Made by a program: the position numbers and the translations under genes | In this document: piece by piece, positions 1-10,219 of the stretch | Numbering within the stretch: the stretch's first letter is position 1 | Layout of the letters: the number at the start of each line of letters is the position of its first letter | Notes under the pieces: generated by a model | The model's database searches: none | The model's input: the letters and a program-made list of their open reading frames with translations, nothing else | What the model was told of the DNA's origin: nothing | Assembly: GCA_934660865.1 (NCBI GenBank) | Contig: CAKUIA010000005.1 | Coordinates: 81,590-113,589 of the forward strand | Length of the DNA: 32,000 nucleotides | Source: an uncultured Opitutales bacterium | Lineage (GTDB): Bacteria > Verrucomicrobiota > Verrucomicrobiia > Opitutales > Intestinicryptomonadaceae | Direction: 5' to 3'

Positions 1-959
1 GCGACAAAGACTTTCGCCCCGTATACTCGATTTATGTGGCAATAGGCCAGAAAAATTCGAACATTGTAAGGACAATTCAGCTTTTGGAAAAAAGCGGGGC
101 TTTGGAATATACCATTGTTGTGGCCGCCGCCGCCTCCGACAATGCGGCAAACCTTTACATTGCCCCCTATGCGGGCTGCGCAATGGGCGAATGGTTTATG
201 GAACACGGAAAAGACGCCCTTATCGTTTACGACGATCTTTCGAAACACGCCGCGGCCTACCGCCAAATTTCGCTTATTTTGAAAAGACCTTCGGGCCGCG
301 AAGCGTATCCTGGCGACGTATTTTACCTGCACAGCCGCCTGCTCGAAAGGGCCGCGCGCCTTAACGAAGAAAACGGCTCGGGCTCGCTGACGGCGCTGCC
401 AATCATCGAAACGCAGGCGGGCGACGTAAGCGCCTACATTCCCACAAACGTAATTTCGATTACCGACGGCCAGATATTTTTGGAAACCGACCTGTTTAAC
501 CAGGGCATAAGGCCCGCAATTTCGGTTGGCATTTCGGTTTCGCGCGTAGGGTCGGCGGCGCAAATTAAGGCGTTTAAGCAGGTTGCGGGCAAAATAAAGG
601 GCGAATACGCCCAGTATAAGGAATTGGCCGCCTTTGCGCAATTCGGCTCGGACCTGGACGCAAGAACAAAGGCCACAATCGACAGGGGCGACAGGCTTGT
701 GGAAATCTTAAAGCAGTCGAACTCGTCGCCGTATAAAACGGGCCTGCAGATTATAATTTTGTGGGCGTTGCAAAACGACTTTTTTGCCGACTTGCCCGTA
801 AAGAGCGTGGTGGCCGCCTCCGACAATATGCGCGAATTTTTCGAGGGCCAAAGAGCCGATTTGATAGAAAAAATAGAAACGCAAAAGAAAATTTCCGACG
901 AGCTTGCGCAAGAGCTTAAAGACGCGTGCGCGGTTTGGAAGTCGCAACTGGCAAAGTAG
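1..959 (+). CDS. atpA: F0F1 ATP synthase subunit alpha, C-terminal part (5' end lies left of the window; frame is open from base 3)
   Basis: Frame 3 is open from the window edge ([17 protein letters not shown]...). Conserved F1-alpha segments [24 protein letters not shown] and [34 protein letters not shown] are present. It is followed by gamma, beta and epsilon in canonical order. Confidence 0.95.
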   Translation, partial: DKDFRPVYSIYVAIGQKNSNIVRTIQLLEKSGALEYTIVVAAAASDNAANLYIAPYAGCAMGEWFMEHGKDALIVYDDLSKHAAAYRQISLILKRPSGREAYPGDVFYLHSRLLERAARLNEENGSGSLTALPIIETQAGDVSAYIPTNVISITDGQIFLETDLFNQGIRPAISVGISVSRVGSAAQIKAFKQVAGKIKGEYAQYKELAAFAQFGSDLDARTKATIDRGDRLVEILKQSNSSPYKTGLQIIILWALQNDFFADLPVKSVVAASDNMREFFEGQRADLIEKIETQKKISDELAQELKDACAVWKSQLAK

Positions 960-968
960 TTTTTTGTT

Positions 969-1859
969 ATGAAGGGCATGCGAGAAATCAGAAGCCGCAT
1001 TAAGGCGGTGAAAAGCACGGGGCAGATAACCCATGCAATGCAGTTGGTTGCGTCTTCTAAAATGAAGCGCGCCCAGCAGCTGGCGCAGGCGGGTCGCGCC
1101 TACAATATGCTTTTGCTCGACATGATGGACACTTTAAACGACATGGGCGCATCTAAAGGCTACGACTACCCCATGCTTAAACCGCGCGAGGTAAAAAAGC
1201 GCTTGGTTATAGTGTTTTCGACCGACAAGGGGCTGTGCGGCCCGCTAAATTCGAACCTGTTTAGGGAAATTGCCGACATGGACAAAAACTGCGCCTTTAT
1301 AGCCATAGGCAACAAGGCCGCAAGATTTTTGTCGGCAACAAAGCGCGAGCTTTTGGCACACTTTAGCATTGGCGACAAAGTAAAGTTTTCGGAGCTAAAA
1401 AGCGTGGTAGACTTTGCAATTTCGGAATATACAAACGGAAACTGCGACACGATAGAGGTTTTGTATCCGAACTTTATAAACACCTTAAAGCAGGATACCA
1501 CCTTGCAAAAGATTGTCCCTATAGACAATTTCGACGAACTGCTCGGCTCTTTAAAGAAAAAGTACAAATCTACCCTTACCTTGCACGACAAAGACGATAG
1601 GGAGCTTTTGATAGAACCCTCTCCGAACGAATTGTTCAAGAAACTGGGCATTTACTACGTAAGGAACACAATCTACCAGGTGGCGCTAAACGCAAAGGCA
1701 AGCGAACAATCGGCCAGAATGGTGTCGATGAAAGCGGCCTCCGACAACGCCGACAACCTTATCGCCGAGCTTTCGCTTCAATACAACAAAGCCCGCCAGG
1801 AAAGCATTACAAACGAAATAGTGGAGCTTTCGGCGGGAATGACCCAATCGAAAAAATAA
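969..1859 (+). CDS. atpG: F0F1 ATP synthase subunit gamma
   Basis: The N-terminus MREIRSRIKAVKSTGQITHAMQLVASSKMKRAQ and C-terminus ARQESITNEIVELSAG match the conserved gamma termini. Its position between alpha and beta also fits. Confidence 0.9.
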   Translation: MKGMREIRSRIKAVKSTGQITHAMQLVASSKMKRAQQLAQAGRAYNMLLLDMMDTLNDMGASKGYDYPMLKPREVKKRLVIVFSTDKGLCGPLNSNLFREIADMDKNCAFIAIGNKAARFLSATKRELLAHFSIGDKVKFSELKSVVDFAISEYTNGNCDTIEVLYPNFINTLKQDTTLQKIVPIDNFDELLGSLKKKYKSTLTLHDKDDRELLIEPSPNELFKKLGIYYVRNTIYQVALNAKASEQSARMVSMKAASDNADNLIAELSLQYNKARQESITNEIVELSAGMTQSKK

Positions 1860-1864
1860 TTTAA

Positions 1865-3301
<1,437 letters not shown>

Positions 3302-3307
3302 CAAAAA

Positions 3308-3724
3308 ATGGCTCTAAAACTTGAAATTGTAAGCCCCACGGGCATTGCCTGGGAAAACGATTCGGTAGAATCGGTTACTCTGCCGCTTGTAGACGGCGAA
3401 ATTCAGGTTTTGCCGGGGCATATACCCTTTTTGGCCATGCTCGACTCGGGGGCGCTAACGGTAAACTTTGGCGGCAAAAGCGAAGACTTGGCCGTAGACA
3501 GGGGCTTTGTGCGCCTTAGCGGCAACCTGCTTTCGGTGCTTACCGAAAACGCCATAAAGTTCGACGACATAGACCCAGACGCCGTGCAAAACGCCAAAGC
3601 CGCGGCGCAAAAGGCCCTGCAAGAGGCAAAAAACCGCCCCGATTTAGACCCCGAAGAAATCGAAAAACTTGAGGCCGCCGTAAAGTTTGCAATGGTGAAA
3701 CTTGCAAACAAAAAGAGGCGTTAA
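3308..3724 (+). CDS. atpC: F0F1 ATP synthase subunit epsilon
   Basis: 138 aa. The N-terminal beta-sandwich pattern LEIVSP...V..V.LP..DGEIQVLPGHIPFLAML is followed by a helical C-terminus. It lies immediately after atpD. Confidence 0.88.
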   Translation: MALKLEIVSPTGIAWENDSVESVTLPLVDGEIQVLPGHIPFLAMLDSGALTVNFGGKSEDLAVDRGFVRLSGNLLSVLTENAIKFDDIDPDAVQNAKAAAQKALQEAKNRPDLDPEEIEKLEAAVKFAMVKLANKKRR

Positions 3725-3750
3725 AATAAAAGCTTGACGCAACGCCTTTT
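3716..3750 (+). terminator. Possible intrinsic terminator of the atp operon (AGGCGTT / AACGCCT stem extendable by G-U and A-U pairs, 18-nt loop, then TTTT)
   Basis: The inverted repeat spans 3716-3722 and 3741-3747, and the 5' arm overlaps the atpC stop codon. The loop is large and the T-run short, so it is weak. Confidence 0.3.
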
Positions 3751-3761
3751 AAACCTAAATT
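3734..3761 (+). promoter_or_regulatory. Possible sigma70-type promoter for rpmF-plsX-fabH (TTGACG, 16-nt spacer, TAAATT)
   Basis: TTGACG lies at 3734-3739 and TAAATT at 3756-3761, about 35 nt upstream of the rpmF ATG. It overlaps the loop of the candidate atp terminator. This is a consensus match only. Confidence 0.2.
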
Positions 3762-3795
3762 CAGATAGCTTTAAAATTTACAAACAGGACATACT

Positions 3796-3975
3796 ATGGG
3801 ACAACCAAAACGCAAACAATCGAAACAGCGCACAAGAATCAGACGCGCTGCCAACAACTACGACCTGCCCGAATTCTCGAAAGACCCGACCGACGGCACT
3901 ATGTTCAAACCCCACAGGGTTAACCCCGCAAACGGAATGTACCGCGGCAAGCAGGTTATAAGCACAAAGGTATAA
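3796..3975 (+). CDS. rpmF: 50S ribosomal protein L32 (59 aa; below the ORF-track size cut-off)
   Basis: My own translation is MGQPKRKQSKQRTRIRRAANNYDLPEFSKDPTDGTMFKPHRVNPANGMYRGKQVISTKV. It has the L32 N-terminal xPKRKxSKxR signature and a C-terminal YRGKxV like the Cys-less E. coli-type L32. The conserved rpmF-plsX-fabH synteny also supports it. Confidence 0.88.
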   Translation: MGQPKRKQSKQRTRIRRAANNYDLPEFSKDPTDGTMFKPHRVNPANGMYRGKQVISTKV

Positions 3976-3996
3976 CTTAAAACAACCTAAGTTTTT

Positions 3997-4045
3997 AGCG
4001 GGTGTTGCTTTGCGGTTTTAACTTCAATAGCAATGCCCGCTTTTA
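3997..4045 (+). terminator. Strong stem-loop between rpmF and plsX (13-bp stem with 2 G-U pairs, 19-nt loop, TTTT). It may be a partial terminator, an attenuator or a processing site.
   Basis: AGCGGGTGTTGCT (3997-4009) pairs with AGCAATGCCCGCT (4029-4041) and is followed by TTTTAATTT. Confidence 0.35.
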
Positions 4046-4073
4046 ATTTAAACAAAAGCACTTTCTTTGCATT

Positions 4074-5123
4074 ATGGGCGATAACGAAATAAGAATCGCA
4101 GTAGACGCTATGGGTTCGGACATGGGGCCCGAAGAAGTTATCGCAGGGGTTTCGATGTTCCTTAAGGAGTATAAAGACCCCGTAAAGATAATATTGGCCG
4201 GCATAGAAAGCGAAATTGCGCCCATTGCGCAAAAAAACGGCATAGGCGATTTGGTGGAATTTTTGGACGCGCCCGAAGTGGTAAACATGGAAGACAAACC
4301 CATGCTTACTTTAAAGCGCAAAAAAAATTCGTCTATGCACATGGCCATAGACTACCTTAAAGAGAAAAAGGCAAACGCCCTTTTAAGCTGCGGCAATACG
4401 GGCGCGCTTATGGCGGGGGGCACTTTAAAGCTGCGCCCCATGAAGGGTGTCGAACGCCCCGCTTTGGGCTCGGTAATTCCGTCTAAAGACCGCAGGTTTA
4501 TTATGATAGACGTTGGGGCAAACCCCAACCCGCGCGAATTGCACTATTTAAGCAACGCCGTTTTGGGCGCAAACTACGCAAAAATTGCCCTTAAAATAGA
4601 AAATCCCAAAGTCGGCCTTTTAACGATTGGCACCGAAGAGGGCAAGGGCAACGAAATCGTGCAAAAAGCGCACGAAATTTTAAAGAAAACGGCCCCCCTT
4701 ATAAACCTAAACTATGCGGGGCCCGTAGAGGGCTTTCAGGTTTTCGGCGGCGACTGCGATGTTATTGTGTGCGACGGCTTTACCGGCAACATTCTTTTAA
4801 AGAGTTGCGAGGGCCTTTTAAAGACGCTCGGCTCGCTTTTAAAGGAAGAGCTTACAAAAAATATTTTCAGAAAAATCGGAGCCGCCGTTTGCATGGGCGC
4901 CTTTAAGGCTATGAAAGCCAGAATACCCGTAGAAAAGGTTTCGGGCGCGCCTCTTTTGGGCCTAAACGAGCTTATAATAAAGGGCCACGGCTCGAGCAAC
5001 CGCCACCAAATTTGCGGAGCTTTAAATGTTTGCGCACAATGCGTTAAAAATTCCCTAATAGATTCGATTAAGCAGGACATAGACAGCATTTCAAAAATAT
5101 TAAATCCGAATTCGGACGACTGA
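4074..5123 (+). CDS. plsX: Phosphate acyltransferase PlsX
   Basis: The N-terminus IRIAVDAMGSDMGPEEV and the motifs SCGNTGALMA and GHGSS are present. It sits between rpmF and fabH. Confidence 0.93.
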   Translation: MGDNEIRIAVDAMGSDMGPEEVIAGVSMFLKEYKDPVKIILAGIESEIAPIAQKNGIGDLVEFLDAPEVVNMEDKPMLTLKRKKNSSMHMAIDYLKEKKANALLSCGNTGALMAGGTLKLRPMKGVERPALGSVIPSKDRRFIMIDVGANPNPRELHYLSNAVLGANYAKIALKIENPKVGLLTIGTEEGKGNEIVQKAHEILKKTAPLINLNYAGPVEGFQVFGGDCDVIVCDGFTGNILLKSCEGLLKTLGSLLKEELTKNIFRKIGAAVCMGAFKAMKARIPVEKVSGAPLLGLNELIIKGHGSSNRHQICGALNVCAQCVKNSLIDSIKQDIDSISKILNPNSDD

Positions 5124-6124
5124 TGGTTAACGACTTATATTCAGTAATCATTGCGGGCACGGGCTCTTATGTCCCCCGGAAAATCGTAACTAATTTCGAC
5201 CTGGAAAAGATTGTCGACACCTCCGACCAATGGATTTACGAAAGGTCGGGAATAAAGGAAAGACGCATTGCCGAAGACGGCGAAGCGGCTTCGGATATGG
5301 CGCTAAAGGCGGCTAAAAACGCCCTGATAGACGCAAACGTTACCGCCGAAGAGATAGATTTGGTTATAGTAACAACCGTTACCCCCGATATGGCGTTTCC
5401 GTCTACGGCGTGCCTTTTGCAGGCAAAACTCGGCATACGCAACAACATTGCGTGCTTCGACGTTTCGGCCGCCTGTTCGGGCTTTGTCTACGGGGTGGAA
5501 GTTGCGTCTAAAATGATGCTTTCGGGGCTTTACAAAAATGCGCTGGTTGTTGCCTCCGAAAAGCTTTCGTCGATACTCGACTGGCGGGACCGCAACACAT
5601 GCGTGCTGTTCGGCGACGGCGCGGGAGCCGTGGTATTGCGCACCGAAGAAAAAAGCCGCTACGGAATTATGGGCTCGGTATTGGGCGCCGACGGCTCCAG
5701 AACGGTTAAGCTGGAACTTCCCGCAGGGGGCAGCCTGATTCCCGCAACCGAGCAAAGCGTAAAAGACAGGCTGCATTTTATAAAAATGGACGGCCGCGAA
5801 GTCTTTAAAAACGCGGTAAGAATTATGCAGGAAAAGGCGTTTGAAGTCTGCAATTTGTGCAACATAAAGCCCGAGGACATAAACCTGCTAATCCCCCACC
5901 AGGCGAATATGCGCATAATAGAAAGCGTGGCCAAACGCCTGCATATCGAAAGGGAAAAAATCTTTGTAAACATAGAAAAATACGCAAACACATCTTCGGC
6001 GTCCATACCCATTGCCTTGGACGAGGCAAAAAAATCGGGCAGGCTGCATACCGACGACATTCTTTTGTTTGTGGCGTTCGGTGCGGGCTTGACGTGGGGC
6101 GCAACTTTGATTAGATGGAAGTAG
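5123..6124 (+). CDS. fabH: 3-oxoacyl-ACP synthase III (KAS III)
   Basis: The active-site Cys context DVSAACSGFVYG is present, along with HQANMRII, the Asn context YANTSSASIP and the C-terminal GAGLTWGA. The TGATG arrangement overlaps plsX. Confidence 0.93.
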   Translation: MVNDLYSVIIAGTGSYVPRKIVTNFDLEKIVDTSDQWIYERSGIKERRIAEDGEAASDMALKAAKNALIDANVTAEEIDLVIVTTVTPDMAFPSTACLLQAKLGIRNNIACFDVSAACSGFVYGVEVASKMMLSGLYKNALVVASEKLSSILDWRDRNTCVLFGDGAGAVVLRTEEKSRYGIMGSVLGADGSRTVKLELPAGGSLIPATEQSVKDRLHFIKMDGREVFKNAVRIMQEKAFEVCNLCNIKPEDINLLIPHQANMRIIESVAKRLHIEREKIFVNIEKYANTSSASIPIALDEAKKSGRLHTDDILLFVAFGAGLTWGATLIRWK

Positions 6125-6128
6125 TTTT

Positions 6129-7349
6129 ATGAAAAAATTTTTTAAATGTGCGATAACGGCCTTTGCGCTTTGCGCATTCTGCCAAAACCCCTTTGCCGAT
6201 TTGGTTTGGACAAAAGACAAAGGCTGGCAAATTCAGGGCGGCGTTCTCGCCAAAGTTGTGGGCGAAAACACAAATGTAGAAAACGCCCTGCAGGGAATGA
6301 ATTTGGCGAAAAAAGCCCAAAACGAGGAAAGCTACGGGCAGGCTTTGGCGCTATACCAGGTTGTAGTTTCCGACTATCCCAATTCGATTTTCGCCCCCGA
6401 AGCCTACTGCCAAATGGGCATTATCTACACAAAAAGGCACCAGTGGGAGCGCGCAAACGAGTGCTTTCAGACAATTATAAGAAAGTATCCCGACTACCCG
6501 AATTTCAACCAGGTAATAGGCCGCCAATACGAGGTTGCCTCGCTTATACAAAGCGGCGAACACCCGTATTTATGGGGGTGGTTCCCGTGGTTTTTAAACT
6601 ATAAAGACGCAATCAAGATTTTCGAAGACGTAATTTCGAACGCACCCTATTCCGAATATGCGCCCATGGCGCTTATGAATATTTCGCTTTGCGCCCAAAG
6701 CAACGACGAGCCCGAAACTTCGATAGACGCTTTGGACAGGCTTATAAATGTATACCCGAAAAGCGATTTGGTGCCCGATGCGTATTTGCAGCTGGCAAAA
6801 ACATACCGCAATATGGTTGAAGGCCCCCACTACGACCAAACCCCCACAAAAGAGGCCATAGCCTTTTACCAAGACTACATAATTCTTTTCCCCAACGAAA
6901 AGGATTCGGTTCACGCCGAAAACGGCCTTTACGTTATGCAGGACACTCTGGCGCGCAGCCGCCTTATTATGGGCGATTTCTATTATTTTTACCGCACCGA
7001 CAATACAGCGGCGGCCGTATTCTACAATGAAGCCATTACTCTTGCCCCCAAAAGCCCCGCGGCCGACCTGGCAAGAGAGCAGCTAAAGCTTATAGCCGAG
7101 GGCGAAATAGCCCCGATGACCCCCGTAGACTGGGTTTTCGGCCGCTACGAAAAGCCCGATGTAGACACATTTGAAGACGAGACAAAGACGGAAAAAATGC
7201 AGACCGAAAAGTTCTCGGAAATCCAGGACGAAGTGTTCGAAGCCGAAGTAAAGGCTTTGGACAAAAGCGAAAACGCAAAAAAATCTCCCGTAGAATTTGT
7301 GCCGCTTTTGCCCGAAACAAACGAAGAGGGCTTTGTCGACCAACCCTAG
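6129..7349 (+). CDS. TPR-repeat outer-membrane assembly protein, BamD/YfiO-like, with an about 90-aa acidic C-terminal extension
   Basis: It has a signal peptide (MKKFFKCAITAFALCAFC). Repeated YP(N/D/K)S...A..A motifs (DYPNSIFAPEAY, KYPDYPNF, NAPYSEYAPMAL, VYPKSDLVPDAYLQLA) and MGDFYYFY...AAAVFYNEAI resemble the BamD architecture. The call rests on motif resemblance only. Confidence 0.55.
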   Translation: MKKFFKCAITAFALCAFCQNPFADLVWTKDKGWQIQGGVLAKVVGENTNVENALQGMNLAKKAQNEESYGQALALYQVVVSDYPNSIFAPEAYCQMGIIYTKRHQWERANECFQTIIRKYPDYPNFNQVIGRQYEVASLIQSGEHPYLWGWFPWFLNYKDAIKIFEDVISNAPYSEYAPMALMNISLCAQSNDEPETSIDALDRLINVYPKSDLVPDAYLQLAKTYRNMVEGPHYDQTPTKEAIAFYQDYIILFPNEKDSVHAENGLYVMQDTLARSRLIMGDFYYFYRTDNTAAAVFYNEAITLAPKSPAADLAREQLKLIAEGEIAPMTPVDWVFGRYEKPDVDTFEDETKTEKMQTEKFSEIQDEVFEAEVKALDKSENAKKSPVEFVPLLPETNEEGFVDQP

Positions 7350-7366
7350 TTTAGCGGAAACAGACC

Positions 7367-7876
7367 ATGAAAAAACTTTTACTTATCGCATTGGCTTTCG
7401 CGTCGCTAATTTCGTTTACGGCGTGCCACTACCAGCTGGCGGGAACCCCCGCAAAGCTTCCCTTTAAAAGCATATATGTAAAGCCCGTAAGGAACAATTC
7501 GTTTGCCCCGCAGGCGGGAGACTTGCTGACGGCGCAGCTTTGCAACTATTTGTCGAGAGCGGGGCAACTAAGCCTTGCCGGCGAAGGCGACGCAAACGCC
7601 CTTTTGGAAGTTGTAATAACCGAATACGAAAAAACCCCATGGGCTTCGAGCGAAAGGGATACGGGTATTTCGCAGTCTTTTAGGCTTAAAATGACGGTTT
7701 CGTGCACGCTAAAAAACAGGGCAACCAACGAAGTTTACTTTAAAGACCGCCTTATAACAAAATACATAACGGCCTATGCGGCGTCGGGCCAGGCCGAATC
7801 GGAATATCAAAATATGCCGCAGCTTACGCGCGAAATCGCAAAAGACGCGGCAAACGAGGTAACGGCAATATGGTAA
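7367..7876 (+). CDS. Lipoprotein, LptE (LPS-assembly lipoprotein)-like
   Basis: The lipobox is LISFTAC. The mature N-terminus CHYQLAG resembles the LptE CG(W/F)HLRG start. Length is 169 aa, and it is adjacent to the BamD-like gene. Confidence 0.45.
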   Translation: MKKLLLIALAFASLISFTACHYQLAGTPAKLPFKSIYVKPVRNNSFAPQAGDLLTAQLCNYLSRAGQLSLAGEGDANALLEVVITEYEKTPWASSERDTGISQSFRLKMTVSCTLKNRATNEVYFKDRLITKYITAYAASGQAESEYQNMPQLTREIAKDAANEVTAIW

Positions 7877-8529
7877 ACAAATTCGAGCTTTCGCCCTCGA
7901 TTTTGGCGGGCAACTACGCAAATTTGGGCGCTTCGGCAAAAGAGGTTGAAAACGCCTCTTTAAGCTGGATACATATCGACATTATGGACGGCCACTTTGT
8001 GCCCAACCTAAGCTTTGGCCCGCAGCTTATTGCAGACCTAAAAAAGGTTTGCCCCGACTTGTTTTACGACACCCATTTAATGCTGGACAACCCGCATTTG
8101 TATATAGACGCTTTTGCAAAGGCGGGCGCAAACTTGATTTGCGTGCATGTAGAGCCCGACTACCCCATACAGGCAACATTGCAGGATATTCACGAAAAGG
8201 GCTGCCAAGTGGGGATAAGCCTTAACCCGAAAACCGACATTGCGCAAGTATACAACTACCTGCCCTTTGTAGACTTGGTTTTGGTTATGAGCGTACAACC
8301 CGGCTTTGGCGGGCAAAAGTTTCAGGATATTGCGTATTCCAAAGTGCAAACGCTAAAAAAGTGGCGCGACGAGCTAAAACTTGGCTTCCGCATAGAGGTA
8401 GACGGCGGCGTAAACGCCGACAATGTGCAAGAGCTTATAAAATGCGGCGCCGACACCATTGTTGCGGGAACGGCGTTCTATAAAAACAAAGACGCCCTGC
8501 TGGGAAAAATAAAAGAGGCTTTGTCTTAA
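7870..8529 (+). CDS. rpe: Ribulose-phosphate 3-epimerase
   Basis: The motifs SPSILA, WIHIDIMDGHFVPNLSFGP, MSVQPGFGGQKF and VDGGV are present. Confidence 0.93.
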   Translation: MVNKFELSPSILAGNYANLGASAKEVENASLSWIHIDIMDGHFVPNLSFGPQLIADLKKVCPDLFYDTHLMLDNPHLYIDAFAKAGANLICVHVEPDYPIQATLQDIHEKGCQVGISLNPKTDIAQVYNYLPFVDLVLVMSVQPGFGGQKFQDIAYSKVQTLKKWRDELKLGFRIEVDGGVNADNVQELIKCGADTIVAGTAFYKNKDALLGKIKEALS

Positions 8530-8537
8530 AAAGCTTT

Positions 8538-8564
8538 ATGCGCCTTTTTTAGGGCGCATTTTTA
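8538..8564. terminator. Intrinsic terminator between convergent rpe and the HAD-like gene (9-bp GC-rich stem, tetraloop, T-run)
   Basis: ATGCGCCTT-tttt-AGGGCGCAT is followed by TTTT. It overlaps the stop codon of the minus-strand HAD-like gene. Confidence 0.65.
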
Positions 8565-9410
8565 TGCCACCGCTTTGGCGACGTCAATAAGGTCGTCTAC
8601 AACAATATCGGGTATTGTCCCGTTTTCGGGGAAATCCACCCTTTCGCCGCCGGTAAACAATGCCGTCTTAAAGCCCGTTTTCGCGGCGGGAATTATGTCT
8701 TTTTGCATATCGCTGCCGACATATAAAACCGATTTCGGCGAAAGCGAATAGGTTTTTTCGAAATACTCGGCCGCGCTTTCAAACAATATGTTCGACGGCT
8801 TTGCCCTGCGGTACAAAAAAGACCATACGCAGTTTTGCTCGTCGAACCCCAGTTGCGCCATGCTTTTGCCCGCTATTACCGGGAAGATATACGGGGCAAA
8901 AAACTGCGCGTCGGAAACGGTTATCATTTTCAGCCCCGCCTTCTTTAGCGCGTTTAACGTGCGTATTGCATTGGGCATAAGCCAGGCCGAACGCGACAAA
9001 ATCTCGAAATTTACGGCAAGCTTTTTTATTGCGGCCTCGTTTACTTTGCCCTTTACCAAATTTTCCGAGGCCAGATTTTCCAGCAAATCCTCGTATATTA
9101 AAAGCAGGTCTACTTCGGGGTTTTTAACGCCCTCTTTTGCCCTTATGTCTTTGTGCGCCCTCTGCATGTCCATAAAAGCCCTGCCGAAATCGAAAGAGCC
9201 GCAATCTTTGGGCATAAAGCCCGAAAACAGCAGGGCCTTTCTAAAATTCGCATCGCAGTAGTCGCCGAAAGGCTCGGTCCAAACAAGCGTTCGGTAAAAA
9301 TTCCATACAACGGCCTTTATTCCCGATATTTTCCGCAAAAAACTTTGCGCGGCTTTGTGTCGGGCTTTTTGGGGTTTACATAAAATCTTTGTTGCGTCGG
9401 AGTGTTTCAT
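8562..9410 (-). CDS. HAD-superfamily (subfamily IA-like) protein with a non-canonical motif I
   Basis: Motif II is MITVSDAQ, motif III is RRAKPSNILF and motif IV is YVGSDMQKDIIPAAKTGF. Motif I reads VVWNFYRTL instead of FD(L)(D/Y)GTL. The start is uncertain: ATG at 9410 is used here, with upstream TTG at 9431 and internal TTG at 9338 as alternatives. Confidence 0.7.
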   Translation of the reverse strand: MKHSDATKILCKPQKARHKAAQSFLRKISGIKAVVWNFYRTLVWTEPFGDYCDANFRKALLFSGFMPKDCGSFDFGRAFMDMQRAHKDIRAKEGVKNPEVDLLLIYEDLLENLASENLVKGKVNEAAIKKLAVNFEILSRSAWLMPNAIRTLNALKKAGLKMITVSDAQFFAPYIFPVIAGKSMAQLGFDEQNCVWSFLYRRAKPSNILFESAAEYFEKTYSLSPKSVLYVGSDMQKDIIPAAKTGFKTALFTGGERVDFPENGTIPDIVVDDLIDVAKAVA

Positions 9411-9481
9411 AATGCAATATATGTTCGGCAAATAAAAATATTGGCCCTACTTTTTTAACGGCATACCACAATAAAACTTTA

Positions 9482-10219
9482 ATGGACCCGGCTTTCGACA
9501 AAACGCAAAAAATACCCGAACATATTGCCATAATTATGGACGGCAACGGCCGTTGGGCAAAAGAGCGCGGCCTGCCGCGCACAAGCGGGCACAAAGCCGG
9601 GGCAAAAGCCCTTAAAGAAGTCGTTAGGGCCGCGAAAAAAAACGGAGTAAAATACCTTACGCTATACGCGTTTTCGTCGGAAAACTGGAACAGGCCAAAA
9701 GACGAGGTTAAGGCTCTTATGGCGCTGCTTTGCGCCTCGCTAAAAAGCTACAAAAAGAATTTTGTAAAAGAAAAAATACGCTTTGAAACCATAGGCGACA
9801 TTTCGGCGCTGGACGAAAAATGCCGAAAGCTGATTGCACAAACAAAAGAGCTTACCAAAGACTTTTCGGAGCATACCCTTGTTTTGGCGCTAAACTACGG
9901 CAGCCGCAACGAGCTGGAATTTGCCGTAAAAAACATAGTTAAAGACGCCCTTTCGGGGAAAATCGCCCCCGACGAAATAAACTACCAAAAAATTTCGCGG
10001 TATTTTTACACAAAAGACATTCCAGACCCCGACTTTATCATAAGAACATCGGGCGAAAGCAGGCTTAGCAACTACCTGCTTATGCAGGCCGCCTATGCCG
10101 AGCTATATTTTACAAACACCTATTGGCCCGACTTCGGCGAAGAGGAGTTCGACAAGGCATTGATTGAATTTGCAAAGCGCAACCGCCGCTACGGGAAAAC
10201 CCAAGAACAGATAAAATGA
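9482..10219 (+). CDS. uppS: Undecaprenyl-diphosphate synthase (isoprenyl transferase)
   Basis: The motifs HIAIIMDGNGRWAKERGLPR, LTLYAFSSENWNRP and IRTSGESRLSNYLL are present. Confidence 0.93.
   Translation: MDPAFDKTQKIPEHIAIIMDGNGRWAKERGLPRTSGHKAGAKALKEVVRAAKKNGVKYLTLYAFSSENWNRPKDEVKALMALLCASLKSYKKNFVKEKIRFETIGDISALDEKCRKLIAQTKELTKDFSEHTLVLALNYGSRNELEFAVKNIVKDALSGKIAPDEINYQKISRYFYTKDIPDPDFIIRTSGESRLSNYLLMQAAYAELYFTNTYWPDFGEEEFDKALIEFAKRNRRYGKTQEQIK

Noticed and set aside
3734-3961. 75-aa ORF in the atpC-plsX spacer
   Set aside because: It overlaps, out of frame, the 59-aa reading frame that encodes an unmistakable L32 (rpmF). Its own translation has no recognisable features.
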